Of a stretch of DNA of 64,000 bases, positions 58,686 through 64,000 are shown in pieces. Position numbers and translations under genes: made by a program. Under the pieces are notes generated by a model that saw nothing but the letters and a program-made list of their open reading frames with translations, made no database searches and was not told the origin of the DNA. The DNA is from a virus (Duplodnaviria; Caudoviricetes), in IMG/VR virus record IMGVR_UViG_3300021387_000796, positions 154,067 through 218,066 of that record; one strand, written 5' to 3'. How positions within the stretch are numbered: the first letter of the stretch is position 1; each line of letters starts with the position of its first letter.

Positions 58686-59276
58686 TTATTTTTTAATTTC
58701 GTCAATACCATTTTCCAAATATTTCTGAATATCCATAATTTCAATACTTGGTTTCCCATTATAATTCATATCCCAATGAAACCAAGCAGTAACTAAACAA
58801 CCGCATTTGAACTTCATTTCATCTTCATCGAATCTATCATACGCAATCTGTCTATCAAAAATATAAACAGTTTTAAGGTGATTCCATAAACCGTTTCTAT
58901 ATCGATTATATGCTCCAAAATAATTTGTACGACCAATCATAATTACATTGTCAGAAATCTGTTTTGCTTTTTCAACAAAATTATCCCAAAGACTAAATGG
59001 CGGATTAGTAACAATAGTGTCATAATGTTTATTGGAATAATCATCTTTAAGAAAATCATTTCCAAATATCAAATCTTTCTCTTCAAAATTATATCCTAAT
59101 GAATTAAAATAACCACTTATTCTTTTTGCTTCACCGCAAGCACATTCCAAAACTTTATCGGATTTTTTAATAAGATTTAATTTCTCTAATTCTATCACTA
59201 ATGGTTTTGGAGTTGGATAATAATCGTTCTTATTTCTTTCCTCTATTGTTTTCTTATTTGCATATGCTTTTCCCAT
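58686..59276 (-). CDS. DNA N6-adenine methyltransferase
   Basis: NDYYPTP, LECACG, DFL, VTNPPF, TAWFHW. Confidence 0.85.
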   Translation of the reverse strand: MGKAYANKKTIEERNKNDYYPTPKPLVIELEKLNLIKKSDKVLECACGEAKRISGYFNSLGYNFEEKDLIFGNDFLKDDYSNKHYDTIVTNPPFSLWDNFVEKAKQISDNVIMIGRTNYFGAYNRYRNGLWNHLKTVYIFDRQIAYDRFDEDEMKFKCGCLVTAWFHWDMNYNGKPSIEIMDIQKYLENGIDEIKK

Positions 59277-59278
59277 AA

Positions 59279-59551
59279 TTACAATCCTTTAACATTTAAA
59301 TTTGCAACATCTCTTAATGGAATTTCTTTACCTTTCTCATAAGACATATAATCCAATACACCTTTTTTATAGGCTCTCAAACAAGATTTATATAAATGGT
59401 CTTTTACCCAATCAGTTATTTTTTGTATTTCATCCTCGTAATCTTTTATATATAAACTTAAATAACTTAATTCATAATTCGTTCTTTCTCTTGCGAAATT
59501 TTCTGCATTTTCCAATAATAAAGTTGGAATACAAGTTTCAACATCTTTCAT
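59279..59551 (-). CDS. Hypothetical protein
   Basis: GAGGTG RBS, in operon. Confidence 0.65.
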   Translation of the reverse strand: MKDVETCIPTLLLENAENFARERTNYELSYLSLYIKDYEDEIQKITDWVKDHLYKSCLRAYKKGVLDYMSYEKGKEIPLRDVANLNVKGL

Positions 59552-59574
59552 CTACAAATCACCTCAAATATACT

Positions 59575-59850
59575 CTAAAACCCACCGTAATCTTTCAGCA
59601 TATTTTTCATCATATAAATTTTATCGGCATAATCTTTGAACATCTTAGAAATTCTATCAGTCTTTCCGTCTTCAATGTTCTGTACAATTTCATTCAAAAC
59701 CTTGTATGCTTTCTTTGGGTCGTTTTTAATATCATCAATAAATTCATCTGTAAACTTTGTATCAAACAGATATTTTTGGTCGTCTTCTGAAAAATTATCT
59801 ACAGTTGAAAACAATACTGAATAAACACCTTTTGCATTATATTTTGCCAT
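59575..59850 (-). CDS. Hypothetical protein
   Basis: GGAGG RBS, in operon. Confidence 0.7.
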   Translation of the reverse strand: MAKYNAKGVYSVLFSTVDNFSEDDQKYLFDTKFTDEFIDDIKNDPKKAYKVLNEIVQNIEDGKTDRISKMFKDYADKIYMMKNMLKDYGGF

Positions 59851-59852
59851 AT

Positions 59853-60272
59853 TTATTTCACCTCCACAATTTCAAACCCTTTTAACACGAGTTCATCCAA
59901 TTCTTTATCTTTATCAGAATACCAATTTTGTGGGTCACCTAAAATAGAATACATCAATTTTCTTATAAAAGCAAACAACCTAATCCAATCAGAAATTCCA
60001 CTACAGATATGATAATACGAATCTTTTTCCGCCTCATCACCTAAAGATTTATCATAATCTTCTCCATAAAACCACCAATGTGTACAGAAATCCCATTTCC
60101 AATGTACTTCTGCTATAAATTTCTTTTCATGAATATCCGAACAATCACTTGTCCAAGAAGTTGCTTGATAGATTATAAAATCACAAAAGTATTCATCTAA
60201 CATTTTAATTTCAACTTCAAAAATAGGATATTTATATGAATCATCTGTGATATTTTTTAACCAATATTTCAT
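59853..60272 (-). CDS. Hypothetical protein
   Basis: 139 aa, in operon. Confidence 0.7.
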   Translation of the reverse strand: MKYWLKNITDDSYKYPIFEVEIKMLDEYFCDFIIYQATSWTSDCSDIHEKKFIAEVHWKWDFCTHWWFYGEDYDKSLGDEAEKDSYYHICSGISDWIRLFAFIRKLMYSILGDPQNWYSDKDKELDELVLKGFEIVEVK

Positions 60273-60280
60273 AACCCTTC

Positions 60281-61231
60281 CTATAAATCAAACAAATCTT
60301 TTTTCATTTCATCATCATTTATCTTTATGATTTTCGCATTAATCTTTTCAAATTCATTCAAGAAAGATTTATGCTTATCATCATAAACATAAACAATTTC
60401 CGTATCATTATTCATTCCGTCAAACTTCCCATTTAGTATATTATGAACATGAAGATTATTTTTATATTCAAACGGATAACTTTGTACACCTACATCATGA
60501 CAAGCATGACACAACTCATCTTCATTTCTTGTACTACCGCAAATAACCTCATTGTAATAATTGCTCTTGTTCACCAATTCATTCAGATTATCGACCAATC
60601 CTTTTCTATCCAAATCAGATTCAACAACGATTATTTTATGTGGTTTATTTACATAATCCTTTCCTAAATATCTAGCCGAAATAAGAGAACGATTTATCCA
60701 TTTACTCATGTTTTTTCCACTACCATTAAGACTATCATAAATCTTGAACGGATATGTTACTTCATAAGGGTCTACTCCTTTAGGAAGATTCGTCATTAAA
60801 GATTCACAACCTTTAGTATATCTCTTAATCTCTTCCTTCATAACAGTCCAAGTTTTATGAGTTTTGTAATAATTCTTCAATTTGAAATGAGCGGTCTTAC
60901 AATAATATTTCTGACCATCATTCAACATCACTTCACCACAAAATTCATTCAATCTTGTACCAATCCCCATTCCTTGATAATCAGGTAACACTACCAACCT
61001 ATGACCCATCCAAAAATCCCTAATATCTCCGTTTGGCAAAAGTAGCATTGCTCTGAATCCTACAAGAATATCACCCCAATAGCATATGAAAACCCTACAT
61101 GGTGGTAAATTTGCTTCTTGTGTCAGATAATGATACTGCCTAAATATTTTCCAAAGGTCTTCTTTCTTTGAGTTGTCAGCGACCTCGTAGACTGACAACT
61201 CAATACTTTTTTTAGGTCTACCCCTCTGCAA
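60281..61231 (-). CDS. GNAT acetyltransferase domain (probably expressed as a -1 frameshift fusion to the upstream ATPase)
   Basis: WKIFRQYHYL, HRLVVLPDYQGMGIG acetyl-CoA motif; no good start or RBS of its own. Confidence 0.8.
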   Translation of the reverse strand: MQRGRPKKSIELSVYEVADNSKKEDLWKIFRQYHYLTQEANLPPCRVFICYWGDILVGFRAMLLLPNGDIRDFWMGHRLVVLPDYQGMGIGTRLNEFCGEVMLNDGQKYYCKTAHFKLKNYYKTHKTWTVMKEEIKRYTKGCESLMTNLPKGVDPYEVTYPFKIYDSLNGSGKNMSKWINRSLISARYLGKDYVNKPHKIIVVESDLDRKGLVDNLNELVNKSNYYNEVICGSTRNEDELCHACHDVGVQSYPFEYKNNLHVHNILNGKFDGMNNDTEIVYVYDDKHKSFLNEFEKINAKIIKINDDEMKKDLFDL

Positions 61232-61857
61232 TCATAAACTTTTTCATCATCCAAATCTATTACAATATCAGGTTCCAAATAATCAATATAATCTTTATGA
61301 CATGAACAGAACACAACCTTCTTCAAATTATGTTTTACTATATATTTCTTTATTCCCAAAACCGTACTAATTGCTACATTTCTATCTACAGTTGAAGTAA
61401 ATTCATCAAAACACATTTCACTCTGAATATTAAGTGCTAAATCGGCACGAAATCCTTCACCCACAGAAAGTACATTTCTAGGTCTACACCATGTAGGAAC
61501 AGTAGATAATCCAACGGATGCCAATCTATCCATACAATCTTCTTTATCTGTAAAATCAAAATTAGAAATTACAGACTTGGTGTTATCATAACTTCTGAAT
61601 TCTTTTGAATAAAATGGAAATTCTTTAAGAAGTTGTGATTTACCTTTTCCGCTAGAACCAGTAATTACGCAGATTTTATAATCAATTTCATTCAAAACTT
61701 TTGGTAATTTGTAAGGATAAAATTTACTTTCCCCTAAAAACTCATAATCAAAATACGATTGAGCCAATTGAGTATATTCATCACAAGGGATTTTTGAAAC
61801 CAAAGGTTCTTCTTTATGTTGTAGAACACTTAAAATTTTACAATCAGAATATGTCAT
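61123..61857 (-). CDS. ABC-type ATPase
   Basis: GSSGKGKS, LSVGE signature, FDEFTSTVD, SCH. Confidence 0.85.
   Translation of the reverse strand: MTYSDCKILSVLQHKEEPLVSKIPCDEYTQLAQSYFDYEFLGESKFYPYKLPKVLNEIDYKICVITGSSGKGKSQLLKEFPFYSKEFRSYDNTKSVISNFDFTDKEDCMDRLASVGLSTVPTWCRPRNVLSVGEGFRADLALNIQSEMCFDEFTSTVDRNVAISTVLGIKKYIVKHNLKKVVFCSCHKDYIDYLEPDIVIDLDDEKVYDCRGVDLKKVLSCQSTRSLTTQRKKTFGKYLGSIII
61168..61226 (-). promoter_or_regulatory. Programmed -1 ribosomal frameshift signal
   Basis: GAGGGG internal SD, in-frame A_AAA_AAA (61213-61207), 12-bp hairpin TTGAGTTGTCAG/CTGACAACTCAA. Confidence 0.75.
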
Positions 61858-61972
61858 ATTTTTCTCCATTTAGAAAAATTATAAAACAAATACATTCATT
61901 ATGTCAAGGAAAATTAATAAAAAAAAAGACAGTCCATTTTGAACTGTCTTACAAAGAACGAATTATATTTAA

Positions 61973-62215
61973 TTACTCTTCGTCATCTTCAGTTGTTTCT
62001 TTTGTAATTTCTTCATCTTCTGTTTCAACAACTACATCTTCATCTTTGACATCAATTACAATTTCTTCAACTTTTTCTTCTTTCTTTGGTTCTTCTACAA
62101 TTGGTGTTTCAACTGCATCTTCCTTTACATCAACAATAGGAAATGTATTTGAAAAACTTACAACTTCACCATTTAAAGATACTTTGTTTGCATTCTTCAT
62201 AAAATCATTTGCCAT
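61973..62215 (-). CDS. Acidic low-complexity protein
   Basis: GGAGG RBS; N-terminus resembles that of 62465..62827. Confidence 0.7.
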   Translation of the reverse strand: MANDFMKNANKVSLNGEVVSFSNTFPIVDVKEDAVETPIVEEPKKEEKVEEIVIDVKDEDVVVETEDEEITKETTEDDEE

Positions 62216-62239
62216 TTTTATAAATCCTCCATATAAAAT

Positions 62240-62443
62240 TTAATCTGAATATTTTTTACCGTTTTCCCAATAATCTGAAGAAATCATTACACCTACCGTG
62301 TATCTTCCTTCATAATTCATTGAAATCTGTTTTGCCAATTTAAACGCTTTAGAATATGTTTCAAACTCATTTATACATCCGCACATTGAATCATCTAATT
62401 GAACACCTTCATCTAAATCCATCACATAAAATATCGCACCCAT
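62240..62443 (-). CDS. Hypothetical protein
   Basis: GAGG RBS. Confidence 0.65.
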   Translation of the reverse strand: MGAIFYVMDLDEGVQLDDSMCGCINEFETYSKAFKLAKQISMNYEGRYTVGVMISSDYWENGKKYSD

Positions 62444-62464
62444 AAAACAAACCTCGTAAATTTT

Positions 62465-62827
62465 TTATTCTACCGCTTTCCAAATTACCTTGATGTTAAT
62501 ATCACTAGCAATTTTAATTTCTGAATCTTCTGTTACAATACTTTCATTAAAATAGTACATCGGATAATAACCGCTCTTTGAAAGTGCTTTTTTCTCAATA
62601 GCATATCCTATTGTTTGGAATGGATTTACTGTCTGTGTTGCTGAACTTCCATTACCACCATCACTAAAAGTTACGATAAATGTAGTAGCGGTATATGTTC
62701 CAAAAGGCTGATAATCATGTTCTAATGTTGAAGCATCATTTGGAAAATTATAAACTTTTGTAGATTGTGAAATTTCTTCACCATTAAGAACATTTTTATT
62801 ATCATTAAAAATAAAATTGTTAGCCAT
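62465..62827 (-). CDS. Putative virion decoration protein with an InlB B-repeat/Flg_new-like domain
   Basis: AGGAG RBS, TAACTATCT upstream; VTF..G..Q.V..K.GY..V.ED..I.VIW pattern. Confidence 0.5.
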   Translation of the reverse strand: MANNFIFNDNKNVLNGEEISQSTKVYNFPNDASTLEHDYQPFGTYTATTFIVTFSDGGNGSSATQTVNPFQTIGYAIEKKALSKSGYYPMYYFNESIVTEDSEIKIASDINIKVIWKAVE

Positions 62828-62874
62828 AAAAATTCTCCTATTAAAATAATATAAATAGATAGTTATTTTAACTG

Positions 62875-63120
62875 AACGGTTTGATTGAGCAATGGTATAA
62901 AACAAGTTCTATTAACTCAAAAAACTTTGAAACCGTGACCTTTAATGTTCAATTTAGTTCTAGTTTAATTCCTAATGGTACTTTTGGGTCACTTTATGAT
63001 AGTTCGGCAGATAGTACGACTGTAGTTCAATTAAGAAGTATTTCTAATACACAGGGTCAAATTAAAAATGCAACTTCTTCAACTGTAACTAATGCATTTG
63101 CTTTTTTTAGAGGGTATTAA
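62875..63120 (+). other. Silent tail-fibre tip cassette 1 (gp53-like C-terminal domain)
   Basis: NGLIEQWY...VTFNVQF...FFRGY*; in-frame stop two codons upstream, no RBS. Confidence 0.75.
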
Positions 63121-63122
63121 CG

Positions 63123-63371
63123 AACGGTTTAATTGAACAAGACTATGTTTATAAAAATACTGTCACAAGCGATTCTCAAGTTGAACAAACAATTAATTAT
63201 CTAGTGTATTTGCCAAGTGCTGATGATGGTTTTATACAAATTACAAGAGAAAGTACCCAAACAAATAGTGAAAAAAATTATGCTTGGATTAAATCTCATA
63301 CCGAAAAAGATTGCACTTTTATTTATAGACGAAATAATTATGGTAATGTATACATCAGTGTACGAAATTAG
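63123..63371 (+). other. Silent tail-fibre tip cassette 2
   Basis: Open frame NGLIEQDYVYKNTVTSDSQVEQTINYLVYLP...VYISVRN*, with no start codon at its 5' end (missed by the ORF track). Confidence 0.7.
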
Positions 63372-63373
63372 TG

Positions 63374-63598
63374 AACGGTTTGATTGAACAATGTGGACAA
63401 TCAACATCCATGATTAATAATACTACTATTACATTTCCAATAGTTATGTCCAACACTGATTATTGGGCGATTTGTGGAATGTGGTCTTATAATGCCACAA
63501 GTGCTAGTGACTATAATGCTAACTCTTTGGTGTTGAAACAATTGACTGATTCAATGTATGTTTATAAGACAAATAAATGGATGGTTTTGGGTTATTAA
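63374..63598 (+). other. Tail-fibre tip cassette 3
   Basis: NGLIEQCG..TITFPIVM..WMVLGY*. Confidence 0.75.
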
Positions 63599-63828
63599 TA
63601 TCCTATCGCAAACCATCTAACCGTTAAATCATTGATAGAAACAGTATATTTGAAATTATCTTTGGTTATAGTATATGCGAATGTAGTATAGTAAACTGGA
63701 TTCTGTGTTGATTGTCTCTCTTGTGAAGCATATACAACAGGTGGTTTCAAGAAACTAATAACATAATCATATTGATTCTCTCCTGATGGTTGGTTAATAA
63801 GACTTCCCCATTGTTCAATCAAACCGTT
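63595..63828 (-). other. Silent tail-fibre tip cassette 4 (inverted)
   Basis: NGLIEQWG..YVISFLKPP..WFAIGY*; in-frame TGA a few codons upstream. Confidence 0.75.
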
Positions 63829-64000
63829 CCTATGAATTATATAATTAATTCAAGATACTTCATTAATTAAATTCTCATATAAAATTTATTATAGATTTTA
63901 AATAAAAGAAAGAAAATTTAAATCATAAATTTAATTAGAAAAGTATTCTAATTAAAAATTTTATAATTTTATAGTAAATCTTTGTTATAAAATTTGAAAT

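Larger units (their letters stand above)
62874..63829. repeat. Four copies of the 19-bp site GAACGGTTTGATTGAACAA (62874+, 63122+, 63373+, 63829-)
   Basis: Two copies are exact and two have one synonymous mismatch; each heads a different 74-82 codon cassette. Confidence 0.9.

Noticed and set aside
62828-62905. Long upstream extensions of track ORFs (62905, 55122, 43692, 3987, 919)
   Set aside because: Downstream ATGs have proper SD sequences, and the extensions run through promoter motifs or neighbouring genes.
62874-63829. CRISPR array or DGR interpretation of the 19-bp repeats
   Set aside because: The direct repeats are ~250 bp apart with open reading frames between them and one copy is inverted; the cassettes differ throughout rather than only at adenines; no cas or reverse transcriptase gene is in the window.
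1-64000. Stop-codon reassignment (TAG/TGA recoding), as in some large gut phages
   Set aside because: Conserved genes (groEL, portal, dnaB, gp6-like) are full length in code 11 and coding density is high.
63830-64000. Replication origin in the extremely AT-rich end of the window
   Set aside because: No iterons or DnaA boxes are recognisable and the region is cut by the window edge; it may just be a promoter region.

Overview
Very AT-rich fragment of a large (jumbo-type) contractile-tailed dsDNA phage genome; no rRNA, tRNA or CRISPR array seen. T4-like virion genes are scattered on both strands: portal, prohead protease with nested scaffold, neck, gp5/gp6/gp7/gp25/gp26/gp27/gp48/gp53-like baseplate, tube-like and tape-measure-like proteins. 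They are mixed with bacterial-type replication genes (DnaB, DnaX-like clamp loader, probable sliding clamp, 5'-3' exonuclease, SNF2-like helicase, UvsY-like, HU-like, thymidine kinase), a GroEL/GroES/sHSP cluster, three amino-methyltransferases, several free-standing endonuclease genes and a lysis-like cluster. Main unexplained structures: (1) four apparently silent tail-fibre-tip cassettes, each starting with the same 19-bp site GAACGGTTTGATTGAACAA (62874-63829), suggesting a shufflon-like archive of receptor-binding tips; (2) a small RNA whose two loops are complementary to two sites in the leader of the adjacent nuclease gene (45233-45419); (3) a complete dnaX-type -1 frameshift signal joining an ABC-type ATPase to a GNAT; (4) a G9 tract that puts a methyltransferase out of frame; (5) a modular polyprotein with repeated ESKKS/LKE linkers; (6) a recurring TAACTAT(T/C)T promoter-like motif. 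All protein calls are by motif recognition, without database searches.
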